From NCBI GenBank assembly GCA_048885525.1, contig JBHLLP010000034.1:1-35901 (forward strand): a stretch of 35,901 nt of DNA, given 5' to 3'. This document shows, piece by piece, positions 1-8,914 of this stretch. The DNA is from Candidatus Hermodarchaeota archaeon. Lineage in GTDB: Archaea > Asgardarchaeota > Lokiarchaeia > Sigyniarchaeales > SOKP01. The notes below the pieces were generated by a model. That model was not told the origin of the DNA and did not search any database. It saw nothing but the letters and a program-made list of their open reading frames with translations. A program made the translations under genes and the position numbers. The first letter of the stretch is position 1; each line of letters opens with the position of its first letter.

Positions 1-2
1 CG

Positions 3-1061
3 AAATCATTGGAAAACAATCCATTGAACAGTCCTGTGGATAGAGATATTAATATTTACTTACCACCAAGATATTTTGAAGATGCGGAGAAAAGATATCC
101 TGTTATTTATTATCTTCATGGTTATTCCCTTAATAATAGAATGTGGTCAATCACATGGCAGGATGATGAAAACAAATTTTTGAATTTCAATGTTTTGCCA
201 CCAAATGTTTTAGAGAAATTGGATATAGAAAATATGGTAAATTTCGAAAAATTTGATGATTTAATCGAAAATGGTGATTTAGAACCTTTTATATTAGTCC
301 AACCAGATTCAAGTCTTCATTTACCTCAAATAAGTGGTCGAAAGGATTTAAGAGGTATCCCGTTTAAAAAGGGGAGTTACTATGTGAATTCTCCTACATC
401 TGGTAATTATATGGACTATATTATTTATGATGTTATTGATTATATCGACAATAATTATCGGACGATCCCTAAAAAAGCCTATAGAGCTTTAATAGGGGGA
501 TCTATGGGAGGATATGGGGCACTTTACGTGAGTTTACATCATCCTGATAAATTTAATACTTTAGTAGCATTAAGTCCAGCTAATATAAGAAGTATTGAAT
601 CAATTGATTGGAAATTAAGAATTCCTTTGTATGAAGAGATTTTTGGAACTGAAATGGGCAACAAAATAGGAGATATGGCATGGGCAGATATTTTGGATAC
701 TCATGATTTAGTTCTATCAAAAAACAATCCCTTAATACCATCAATTAAACGAGATAATGATGGAAATGTAATAGATTATAATAAAGAAGCCGAAATTAAT
801 TGGAGTAAGTTTGATATAAATAAGTTAATTAGAGAAAAACCTGACAATCTTAGAGGACTCAATATATTATTTAATTGTGAGAGTATAGATGAATTTGGGT
901 TAACAAGGGCTTCAGAACGACTCCATGAAACACTTTTAGAATTGAATATTGAGCATGAATATGAAATTTATTCTGAGCCAAAAGTGGTTTTATCTCCTCA
1001 TATATTTGGGATAGGATCTAAAATATTAGATGGAATTCGCTATTGTCTCAAGTACTTCTAA
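3..1061 (+). CDS. Putative esterase, alpha/beta hydrolase (Fes/enterochelin esterase-like family); 5'-truncated by the window edge
   Basis: IYLPPRY...RYPVIYYLHGY, nucleophile elbow GGSMGG, C-terminal His (SPH). The frame is open to the window edge (KSLENNPL), so the TTG at 9 is probably not the real start. Confidence 0.85.
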   Translation, partial: KSLENNPLNSPVDRDINIYLPPRYFEDAEKRYPVIYYLHGYSLNNRMWSITWQDDENKFLNFNVLPPNVLEKLDIENMVNFEKFDDLIENGDLEPFILVQPDSSLHLPQISGRKDLRGIPFKKGSYYVNSPTSGNYMDYIIYDVIDYIDNNYRTIPKKAYRALIGGSMGGYGALYVSLHHPDKFNTLVALSPANIRSIESIDWKLRIPLYEEIFGTEMGNKIGDMAWADILDTHDLVLSKNNPLIPSIKRDNDGNVIDYNKEAEINWSKFDINKLIREKPDNLRGLNILFNCESIDEFGLTRASERLHETLLELNIEHEYEIYSEPKVVLSPHIFGIGSKILDGIRYCLKYF

Positions 1062-1153
1062 AAATATTTAAATTCATTGTGTTTCTAAATTATAATATCA
1101 CATAAAAACTACCAATATATTTTTGTATATATCTGTCTACAATCTAATAATGG

Positions 1154-2281
1154 ATGATGTCTGAGGATTACAAAATGAAACGGGTAAAGACCATAGATAC
1201 AATTCGCGGATGCTGTATTTTTTTAATGGTTTTAGCACATATGCTTTCCTGGTGGGTTAGACCTGAAGATTATTGGTTAACTTCAATTCTTCATTCATTT
1301 TTAGGTGATATAGCAGCTGGTGGATTTTTATTTGTATCGGGATTAAGCGCGATAATCTCTTATAGGAGTAGATTTAAGAAAATTGAGGTTTCTGAAGATT
1401 ATAATATAGAACAAGCAAAAGTTGAGTATTTAGTTCGAGCTATGCTTATATTTGTCGCAGCTTTAATTTATAATAGTGCTACGGCAATAGGGACATTAGA
1501 TCCATCAAATATTTGGAAATGGTATGTTCCACTTACTATAGCAATATCATTATTTTTGGCCTATCCATTTTTTAAAACTCCAAAATTGTTCAGATTAACA
1601 TTTGCTTTTATTATTTGGATCGCACATTATTTTATCCTTTCATTTCTCTTGCCTTATCAAGGTCAATATAACATATTTGGAGTAATATTTTTTATTTTAT
1701 ACAATGAGGTAGGTTTACATCCTATTCTAAACTATTTCAGTTTTTTTTTAATCGGAACGGTAATAGGTGATATTATGTTTGAAATATCTCTCAGAAATGA
1801 TCAAAATGAAAAATTATCGGGATTTAAAAACAAATTGTGGTTCCCCTCATTAATAATGGGTCCAATTCTAATATTATTTGGAGTTTTATTATTCTTTCCC
1901 TACTTCTTAACTCATGGATCTTTTTCATCAATAGCTTATTCCTTGGGAGTTCTATTAACTTCATTTTCAATATTACTAATAATTGAAGAATTCGAAGTTA
2001 TTAAAGTAAAAAAAAGCTATAGATTTTTCTATTTTTACTCTTATTATTCCTTAACAATATATTTTTCCCATAATATCATATATTTTATCTTTTTAGATCG
2101 ATTAAATGCAGTTACCATCTGGTTTGCTGTAGTAGGGACATATGTCTTATTAACTTTGCTAATTAGATTTGTTTATAAGAAATTTAGTATAAAAGCTTCA
2201 TTAAAGGCACAAATCGGGAGGATATCATTAGTCTTAATAAAAAAGATTGAAGCTAAAAAATTAAAGGTTAAAACATCATAA
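1154..2281 (+). CDS. DUF1624 / heparan-alpha-glucosaminide N-acetyltransferase-like polytopic membrane acyltransferase
   Basis: N-terminal R..IDTIRG..IFLMVLAH motif, FLFVSGLS, about 10 hydrophobic helices, SLTIYFSH near the C-terminus. Confidence 0.75.
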   Translation: MMSEDYKMKRVKTIDTIRGCCIFLMVLAHMLSWWVRPEDYWLTSILHSFLGDIAAGGFLFVSGLSAIISYRSRFKKIEVSEDYNIEQAKVEYLVRAMLIFVAALIYNSATAIGTLDPSNIWKWYVPLTIAISLFLAYPFFKTPKLFRLTFAFIIWIAHYFILSFLLPYQGQYNIFGVIFFILYNEVGLHPILNYFSFFLIGTVIGDIMFEISLRNDQNEKLSGFKNKLWFPSLIMGPILILFGVLLFFPYFLTHGSFSSIAYSLGVLLTSFSILLIIEEFEVIKVKKSYRFFYFYSYYSLTIYFSHNIIYFIFLDRLNAVTIWFAVVGTYVLLTLLIRFVYKKFSIKASLKAQIGRISLVLIKKIEAKKLKVKTS

Positions 2282-3544
2282 TAACATAGCTTTAAAGAAT
2301 TTGGGACTTAATGTTATTTTTGAAAGAGCAGGAAGTTTTCCAAACCATTTTTCTCCAACATATCTGTCATTACTTGTATTATGCTTAGAAAGGTCGTGGT
2401 TTATATATGCCTCATAAATATATTTTCTAGCTAATTTATTTTCGTTAAGGAGTTCCGTGTATAGGCGCCATAAAGATTTTACATAAGAGCCCTCGTTATA
2501 TATAAGATACTCAAGAGCATTACCATTTTTGAAGTATGGAAAAAGAACGCGTTTAATTTCCTGATCATATTTACTTAATTCTAAACGAGTAAATTTACTA
2601 TGTTTTTCCAATAGAGGTTTTAATGTCTTGGTGGCAATATCACCACATGCTACTCCGGGTAACATTCCTTCATAAAAGAAAGCAGTTACAATTCCCGCAG
2701 CTTCACCAAGCACAAGAACTCGGTCAGCTGAGAAGTGTTTAATAGGATGTTTAGATATTTCTCCAACAACTGCAGTTTTTAAATCATATTTCAACCCATC
2801 TACAAAAGGTTGAATAGGTTTATAATTCTTTAAAATCCGATCAAGTTTATCAATGATTGCTTCCTTCGATTCATTTTTTCCACCTAGAAATCCGGTTGCG
2901 ATTCTTTCTTTTCCTTTATTAAAATAGAAGGGTCCATTAATCGAGATCTTAGGATTTATGTGAAATACATAATTATATTCTAAATTTTCATTTACTTTAT
3001 CTTCATTTCCAAATAAATGGATTAATGCACCTGTGTAATGATCAGGTAGATTAAATCCTAAGGAACGTTGTAATTCAAAGCCACGCGAACCAGTTGCCAG
3101 TGCCAATAATTTAGTACTATATGATTCTCCTTTATTATTAATTATTTCTAAAGAATCATTATGCCTAATTATTTTTGAAACTTTTTCATTTGAGTTGAAT
3201 ACGCCTCCCTGTTCTTCAAGCTGATTAATAAGCTTTTTTAACAAGTTCTCAGTATAAGATATATTTCCTAAAGGTATTCCAAATTCTGTAGAATCAATAA
3301 CACCGTTAAACTCATCACTCATATAATTAGATTTAGTATGAAGGCTAGGAAAGATGTTTTTGTCATTCCAATCGATTTCTTCATTGATAAAAGGGCGATT
3401 ATGTTCGGGAAATACATTTGTTCTTATAGGAATTTCTTTTTTATAATCTTGGGCTTCAATTAATAATGTTTTAGCATATTTTGAAATTTTGGAAGCAAAT
3501 GTTGTACCGGCAATTCCCGCACCAATGGTAATAACATCATACAT
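2276..3544 (-). CDS. FAD-dependent oxidoreductase, geranylgeranyl reductase-like family
   Basis: N-terminal YDVITIGAGIAG Rossmann motif, ATG motif (LALATG), VLVLGEAAG...EGM corresponding to GDAAG...GEG. Confidence 0.8.
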   Translation of the reverse strand: MYDVITIGAGIAGTTFASKISKYAKTLLIEAQDYKKEIPIRTNVFPEHNRPFINEEIDWNDKNIFPSLHTKSNYMSDEFNGVIDSTEFGIPLGNISYTENLLKKLINQLEEQGGVFNSNEKVSKIIRHNDSLEIINNKGESYSTKLLALATGSRGFELQRSLGFNLPDHYTGALIHLFGNEDKVNENLEYNYVFHINPKISINGPFYFNKGKERIATGFLGGKNESKEAIIDKLDRILKNYKPIQPFVDGLKYDLKTAVVGEISKHPIKHFSADRVLVLGEAAGIVTAFFYEGMLPGVACGDIATKTLKPLLEKHSKFTRLELSKYDQEIKRVLFPYFKNGNALEYLIYNEGSYVKSLWRLYTELLNENKLARKYIYEAYINHDLSKHNTSNDRYVGEKWFGKLPALSKITLSPKFFKAMLL

Positions 3545-3700
3545 AGGTAGACAAATCCCTTGAATGGTTTTAAATTATTTGTTATAATCTTCCTATTATT
3601 TTTAATTTTTAGTTGGAAAGTTTTTATAAGTGTGTCTTTCTACAATAACATGAATAATAATTTTTTTTAAATCTAAAAAAAAAATGAATAAATAAATTTA

Positions 3701-3707
3701 AAGGTGG
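3701..3707 (+). promoter_or_regulatory. Shine-Dalgarno-like AAGGTGG for the M48 protease gene
   Basis: AAGGTGG lies 6 nt before an in-frame ATA (3714). Same geometry as AAGGTGA-6nt-TTG at 8042-8029. Confidence 0.55.
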
Positions 3708-3713
3708 TAAATT

Positions 3714-5420
3714 ATAGGATTAAGATTGGCTTCGGGGCTTGCTATAACTGCCTTATTTGCTTTAATGTATGCCGTTGTTTTTGTAATAGGTGTTTGGTTT
3801 TTACCTTCGAACATTTGGGGCTTAATTATTATGATTGGATTCACTGTAGGCATGGTACTGCTTCAATATGGGATTTCTCCTCTCATTATCGGTTGGCTTT
3901 ATAAAATAGATTGGATCCCTTATGAACAATTCGTTGCGGAATTCCCCCATCTAGCAGATTCTCTTAATAAAGTAGTTTCATTTCGTGGTATAAGAATGCC
4001 AAGGCTAGGTATAATTCACGATCTCAACCCTAATGCCTTTACTTATGGATGGAGTAAAAATTCAGCAAGAGTTATACTTACCGATGGAATACTAAAATAT
4101 TTAAATAAGAAAGAACAAAATGCCGTATTTTCCCATGAGTTAGGGCATGTTGTTCACTCAGATTTTATACTAATGACCATAGTGTTTGCAATTCCATTGC
4201 TTCTATTAACAGTTGCTCGATGGGCGTATTATGCTAGCTATTTTTCAAGAAGTGGTAGAAGTGATAGTGATGAGGCATCTTATCTTCGACTTGCGTTAAT
4301 TGCCATTGCTGTGTTATCCTATGTAAGTTATTATTTGAGTTATTTAATATCTCTCATAATTAGCAGAATACGTGAATATTATGCTGATGAACATAGTGCG
4401 GAAGTCTTGGAAGATCCAAATGCGCTTGCAACTGGACTTGTTAAAATAGCGTACGGATTACTTGTTGATGGTAATATCGAAGAAAGAAAGAAATCACGAG
4501 TGCGAGCACTGAGAGGATTAGGTATCTTTGATCCTAGTGGTGCAAAAGGTTTAGGTATTATTAGCGTTGGAACTACACAAACTTTCTCGATGGAAGCAAT
4601 TCAAAAAGCTGCAGCATGGGATTTATACAATCCATGGGCTAAATATTACCAGATGTTCTCAACACATCCACTGCCAGCAAAAAGAATTATGCGCTTGAAT
4701 ATGTTATGTGATATCTATGGAATCAAACCAGAAATTGATTTCTCGGATGCAAAAAGATTGAAAGAAGAACAAGCAGGTAAATCAATGTGGGATGAATTTT
4801 TATGGGATATTTTTATGAAGGCACTCCCTACACTTGTTTTTATTGCCCTATTAGGATTAACTATTATATGGATATTTGATCTTGTTGGTTTTTACGATAT
4901 TGCTCTTCTCGCACCTATTTTCTCAAATATGTGGCTTGTATGGGCTATTGGATTTTATGTTATAGGTTTTATGTCTATATTAAAGACTGGTTACATGTAT
5001 AAAGGTGGTTTTGAAGATAAAAAAGTGTTAGACCTTGTTACAAATGTGAAGGTCAGCCCTATACGTACTATCCCAGCCTATATTGAGGGAAAGATTGTTG
5101 GGAAAGGTATACCAGGATATTATTTTAGCGAGGATATGTACTTCCAAGACGATACTGGCTTGATGTATGTAGATTATAGATTTGGAATTGGCATTGTAGA
5201 TCTAATATTCTCCCTAAGATCTGTTAATCGTCTAATAGGTCAAAGGGTGAGAATTAAAGGTTGGTATCGAAGAGGTCCACTTCCATATATTCAAGTAGAT
5301 ACAATATGGTCCGAGTCAGGAAGTAGACATCGGAATTATTCCAAGGCATTTAGGTATTTCTGGGCAGCTTTAGCATTTATCCTAGGTCTAGCTTGTATGT
5401 ATTTCTATTTCCAAGTTTAA
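3714..5420 (+). CDS. htpX: HtpX-like M48 zinc metalloprotease, long form with C-terminal TM pair and OB-fold-like domain
   Basis: PNAFTYG, HELGH zinc motif, SRIREYYAD, FSTHP..KRI. C-terminal extension GKIVGKG..FQDDTG..V.IKGWYRR. Start uncertain: ATA 3714 (SD-supported) or TTG 3726. Confidence 0.88.
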   Translation: MGLRLASGLAITALFALMYAVVFVIGVWFLPSNIWGLIIMIGFTVGMVLLQYGISPLIIGWLYKIDWIPYEQFVAEFPHLADSLNKVVSFRGIRMPRLGIIHDLNPNAFTYGWSKNSARVILTDGILKYLNKKEQNAVFSHELGHVVHSDFILMTIVFAIPLLLLTVARWAYYASYFSRSGRSDSDEASYLRLALIAIAVLSYVSYYLSYLISLIISRIREYYADEHSAEVLEDPNALATGLVKIAYGLLVDGNIEERKKSRVRALRGLGIFDPSGAKGLGIISVGTTQTFSMEAIQKAAAWDLYNPWAKYYQMFSTHPLPAKRIMRLNMLCDIYGIKPEIDFSDAKRLKEEQAGKSMWDEFLWDIFMKALPTLVFIALLGLTIIWIFDLVGFYDIALLAPIFSNMWLVWAIGFYVIGFMSILKTGYMYKGGFEDKKVLDLVTNVKVSPIRTIPAYIEGKIVGKGIPGYYFSEDMYFQDDTGLMYVDYRFGIGIVDLIFSLRSVNRLIGQRVRIKGWYRRGPLPYIQVDTIWSESGSRHRNYSKAFRYFWAALAFILGLACMYFYFQV

Positions 5421-5434
5421 AATATTAAATTTGA

Positions 5435-5459
5435 TTTTTTTATATCTTTTCTTTTTTTT
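5435..5459 (+). terminator. Oligo-T archaeal terminator after htpX
   Basis: tttttttatatcttttctttttttt begins about 15 nt after the stop codon, in a convergent intergenic gap. Confidence 0.5.
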
Positions 5460-5465
5460 ATTGAG

Positions 5466-6224
5466 TTAAATGATATTAGTAATCCTATGTGCTACTTTAG
5501 TTAGGTTTATTTCTGCCATACCTAAGGGTACAGTACTATCATATAGAACCACAGCTAAAAGAGGATCTAATTTCCAAGGAATATCGATAATTCGAGAAAA
5601 AACTTTTTGGCCATTTTCTAAACCATAATACATTTCTGGAAGGTTTAAAGCACCGACCATATATCTAATTTCTAGTTCTTTTAAAGAATTTACTAATATC
5701 TCATTTGGGAGAGAAGTATAAATAGTATTTCCCTTAGTAGTTAGAAGTGCAGCACCAAGAATTTCATTTTCAATCATTAGTTCTTCAAAAACATCAATTA
5801 CTTTCTCATAAAAGGTTTTGCTCATATATATTTCATCTTCTCCCGCGACTATAGAATCCACCATCTTATCGAATTTTGGATTTTCAATCTGCTGATAATC
5901 TTTAATTTTAGTGGTATCGGGGTATTCCTCTAAAAAAACATCAGCTATTTTTTCTAAACGTGTAGTAACAAATAAAATGCTAGCAGTTGAATCTGATAGA
6001 ATAGAAAAAATCAAATCTTGATGAACTTTAAATACAAATCTCAATTCTCTCATTTCTAGAACTTCTGGAGTTTTTCTTGAAATAACATTCTCAGAAAAAG
6101 AAAATATTGCTGAAAAGAAAGGAGTAATTAAATTAACCTCTATATTATCAAAGTCTTTTGTGAAATTTTTATGAAAAATACATACTCCAGTTCTTTTTAA
6201 AATAAAGAGTGAATGAATCTTCAT
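5466..6224 (-). CDS. Longin-like + roadblock/LC7-like two-domain protein (Asgard eukaryotic signature type)
   Basis: N-half: IHSLFILKRTGVCIF..NLITPFFSAIFSFS..FDKMVDSI (longin pattern). C-half: ILGAALLTTKGNTIYTSLP...LAVVLYDSTVPLGMA (roadblock pattern). Confidence 0.7.
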   Translation of the reverse strand: MKIHSLFILKRTGVCIFHKNFTKDFDNIEVNLITPFFSAIFSFSENVISRKTPEVLEMRELRFVFKVHQDLIFSILSDSTASILFVTTRLEKIADVFLEEYPDTTKIKDYQQIENPKFDKMVDSIVAGEDEIYMSKTFYEKVIDVFEELMIENEILGAALLTTKGNTIYTSLPNEILVNSLKELEIRYMVGALNLPEMYYGLENGQKVFSRIIDIPWKLDPLLAVVLYDSTVPLGMAEINLTKVAHRITNII

Positions 6225-6312
6225 TGAGATTAAAACCTTAAATATGCTATAAGTTAAATTATAGAAATACAGTCTTTTAAGTGTTTTTGATGGAGTCTAT
6301 AATAACATAAAC

Positions 6313-7176
6313 CTATGATGACTCAAGTCTGTATTTTTCAAAGTCTTGCTTTATTTCTTCCCACGATGCCATTCGTTTAATAAGGGGGATCCCATTTATA
6401 GAAGCGCCTCTAGATATCCCTAATTTTTGAACGGTTTCCCTTTTATTTGTGTTAATGATAGTAATATTTATGTTTGAGTATTTAGCTAATTCCTTTTTAA
6501 AAGTATTGATCATATACCTTGACCATGGACATTGATTATTTGAAAAAATTTCAAAATTCATTTTTTTATTGATTTTTTGCTCCATTATTTTTGGATGAAT
6601 AAGTTTTGGCTGTGATTTAGAACCTAAATCAAGGAATAGAAGGCCTCGACTCCCTTCTCTATCGACCTCTATAAATCCAAATTTCTCAAAGAAAGATGAG
6701 GGCATATATTTTATTGAGGTTCCAAACCATGAATCTCCCTTATAAGTTATAACACAAGCGCCGCTATATTTCTTTGCTCTTTCAATAAATGACTCAATTA
6801 ACGCTTTTCCAACCCCTTTATTCCAAAAAGGAGGTAAAACCCACATACAATTAATAAAAAGGGAATCTTTACCTTCTACTGACTCTAATGCGTATTCTAT
6901 AGGGAGATATTCAAGCAATCCCATTGGTACATGCCCTTGAATAGCTAAGTCTGAATGGAGCATTTTTCCAACCCATTTATAATGGATCTTTTCATGTCGA
7001 GGATTTTCGAGTGCCACTAATATTTCGAGACCTTTGGGCATCATGTTTTTAATCCAGGAAATTCTATTATCCATACCATCCTCCATAAGATATCTTGTCT
7101 CCTGATCAACACTCGGATCAAGACAAATAGCACAAATTAAATCTAATTTATCTTTTGTAATAACATGAATCTTCAT
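6313..7176 (-). CDS. GNAT N-acetyltransferase with C-terminal YoaP/thioredoxin-like domain
   Basis: FINCMWVLPPFWNKGVGKALIE acetyl-CoA motif A, FFEKFGF, C-terminal FSNNQCPWS...INGIP. Confidence 0.75.
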   Translation of the reverse strand: MKIHVITKDKLDLICAICLDPSVDQETRYLMEDGMDNRISWIKNMMPKGLEILVALENPRHEKIHYKWVGKMLHSDLAIQGHVPMGLLEYLPIEYALESVEGKDSLFINCMWVLPPFWNKGVGKALIESFIERAKKYSGACVITYKGDSWFGTSIKYMPSSFFEKFGFIEVDREGSRGLLFLDLGSKSQPKLIHPKIMEQKINKKMNFEIFSNNQCPWSRYMINTFKKELAKYSNINITIINTNKRETVQKLGISRGASINGIPLIKRMASWEEIKQDFEKYRLESS

Positions 7177-7246
7177 GATTATTTCAATATTCTAAAATCC
7201 ATTTATAATATTATACCTCTCCAAATTTGAAATCGATAAAAAAACA

Positions 7247-8029
7247 TCAAACTTTATGTGTCCAATCTCTAATTGCAACCTTAACTGAACGGCTCATTTC
7301 ATGAGAAAAAGCAGCTCCTGTTTTTCTTAAATAGTAATCTTGTCCAAGATTTTCTGCATTTTTAATAAATGTTTCCCGTTCTATGTGTTGAAACATTTCT
7401 GAGAACTCTTCTCTATTAAACCTTTTATATGTGTCAGTAAAATGTATAAACTTCTTTGGGAATCGTGAAGTAAGGATTCTCTTAGAAGGATCTTGTTTGG
7501 GGTATCCAAAACAGAGCATACCTATAGGAAATACCCACTTTGGGAGATTGAACATCTCACGATGAATTTCAATATTTTCCATAATATCTGCTATATAACA
7601 AGAACCAATTCCCATTGACTCTGCAGTGATTACGGCATTCTGAGCAGCAATTAGCGCATCACAGCAAGCGAGCAACAAATCAGACTCGTCTGGAGTTCGA
7701 TATCTTTGATTTAAAGTTTTGCATTTCACTGGTACTTTTGAAACGGCATAATAATCATACCATCGTTGCATATCTGCTAAAAATATAAGGACTAGAGGAG
7801 CTTTTGCAATATGAGGTTGATTATCGCAGGTTTTGACCAATTTTTCTTTCATTTCTTGACTTTTTACCTCAAGAATAGAATAGAACATCATGTTTCCAGC
7901 AGTTGGAGCACGCATAGCCCCATGAATAATTGTATCGATTTCCGTTTGAGACAATGGTTTTGGGTCATACACTCTCACGGAACATCTGTTATTTATTACA
8001 TTTAATACATAATTCTTCTTTTCATTCAA
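7247..8029 (-). CDS. Nitroreductase family protein (NfsA/Frp-like)
   Basis: NRCSVRVY, RAPTAGNMMFYS, DALIAAQNAVITAESMGIGSCYI, LCFGYP. TTG start with SD AAGGTGA 6 nt upstream. Confidence 0.9.
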   Translation of the reverse strand: MNEKKNYVLNVINNRCSVRVYDPKPLSQTEIDTIIHGAMRAPTAGNMMFYSILEVKSQEMKEKLVKTCDNQPHIAKAPLVLIFLADMQRWYDYYAVSKVPVKCKTLNQRYRTPDESDLLLACCDALIAAQNAVITAESMGIGSCYIADIMENIEIHREMFNLPKWVFPIGMLCFGYPKQDPSKRILTSRFPKKFIHFTDTYKRFNREEFSEMFQHIERETFIKNAENLGQDYYLRKTGAAFSHEMSRSVKVAIRDWTHKV

Positions 8030-8065
8030 AATTACTCACCTTCCTTAACATATTTTATTATTATG

Positions 8066-8080
8066 AAAAGTGCTTTAATA
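8066..8080 (+). promoter_or_regulatory. BRE/TATA promoter, probably leaderless transcript
   Basis: GAAAAGtgCTTTAATA, with the TATA starting about 30 nt upstream of ATG 8103 and no SD. Confidence 0.5.
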
Positions 8081-8102
8081 GTTTGAAGTATACTAAATTA
8101 AT

Positions 8103-8855
8103 ATGAAAGTAATAGGTAATTTGGAATATTATAGTGTTGCTGAAATTTTTGAAAATGTTTTTCATAAAAGAATAAAACAGGAAGAAATTCTTGAATATTT
8201 TGAAACTGGGAAACTAAAAGGTGAAAAAATAGAAAAAGAGTGGTATGCGAATGAAGGAGCTATTAATGATTTTGTAAAAAACATATATCTGAAGGAAAAA
8301 GCTTTTAATGTAGGTCTTCATAAACTCGACTTATCTAATGTTGTCTTAAAAGGGAAAATTTTAGATATTGGAGGGGGAGGGGAGGGAATTATAGGTCAGT
8401 TGAAAGGAGAGAATGTTATCGCTATAGATCCTAATAGGAAGGAACTTGAGGAGTCTCCAAGTAAAGATGATTTAAAAATAGTTATGGACGCAAAGGATTT
8501 AAAATTTCTAGATAACACATTTGATACAGCAACTTCCTTTTTCACCTTGATGTATATACCTAGAGAAGACCATAGAACAGTTTTTCAAGAAATATATAGA
8601 GTGCTAAAAAAAGATGGAGAGTATGTCGTTTGGGACGCTATAATCCCTAATAGAGGGACTGATAATAGATCTATGTTTTTTATTAGTCTTGAAGTTAATA
8701 TAGGTGATAAAAAAGTTGAGACGGGTTATGGAGTTTCATGGAATAAGGAACTAAACATGAAATATATTTCAGATTTAGCTGGAAAGATAGGTTTTAAGTT
8801 GCTTGAAAAGAGGGATGAAAAGAATACATTCTACTTAAGATTCAGAAAAAGATAG
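8103..8855 (+). CDS. Class I SAM-dependent methyltransferase with N-terminal HTH_17/excisionase-like DNA-binding domain
   Basis: ILDIGGGGEG motif I, MDAKDLKFLDNTFD, EIYRVLKKDG. N-terminal YYSVAEI...FETGKLKGEKIEKEWY is a winged HTH pattern. Confidence 0.8.
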   Translation: MKVIGNLEYYSVAEIFENVFHKRIKQEEILEYFETGKLKGEKIEKEWYANEGAINDFVKNIYLKEKAFNVGLHKLDLSNVVLKGKILDIGGGGEGIIGQLKGENVIAIDPNRKELEESPSKDDLKIVMDAKDLKFLDNTFDTATSFFTLMYIPREDHRTVFQEIYRVLKKDGEYVVWDAIIPNRGTDNRSMFFISLEVNIGDKKVETGYGVSWNKELNMKYISDLAGKIGFKLLEKRDEKNTFYLRFRKR

Positions 8856-8914
8856 TTTACGTTTAATAATTTATTTATTTGAATCTTTTTATAGGATTTT
8901 AATCAAATACTATT

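Noticed and set aside
3661-3684. T8-loop-A9 hairpin in the htpX leader (possible RNA thermometer)
   Set aside because: A/U-only stem that does not cover the SD; expected by chance in this AT-rich DNA.
3704-3904. 66-aa Cys-rich ORF overlapping the htpX 5' end
   Set aside because: Alternative-frame shadow of a hydrophobic TM-coding region; its GTG is part of the htpX SD.
7811-8005. Short antisense or shadow ORFs here and at 9877, 10325, 15745, 16308, 22896, 25785, 26036, 30442, 31592, 34444 and 35014
   Set aside because: All lie opposite or across well-supported genes and show no motifs or initiation signals.
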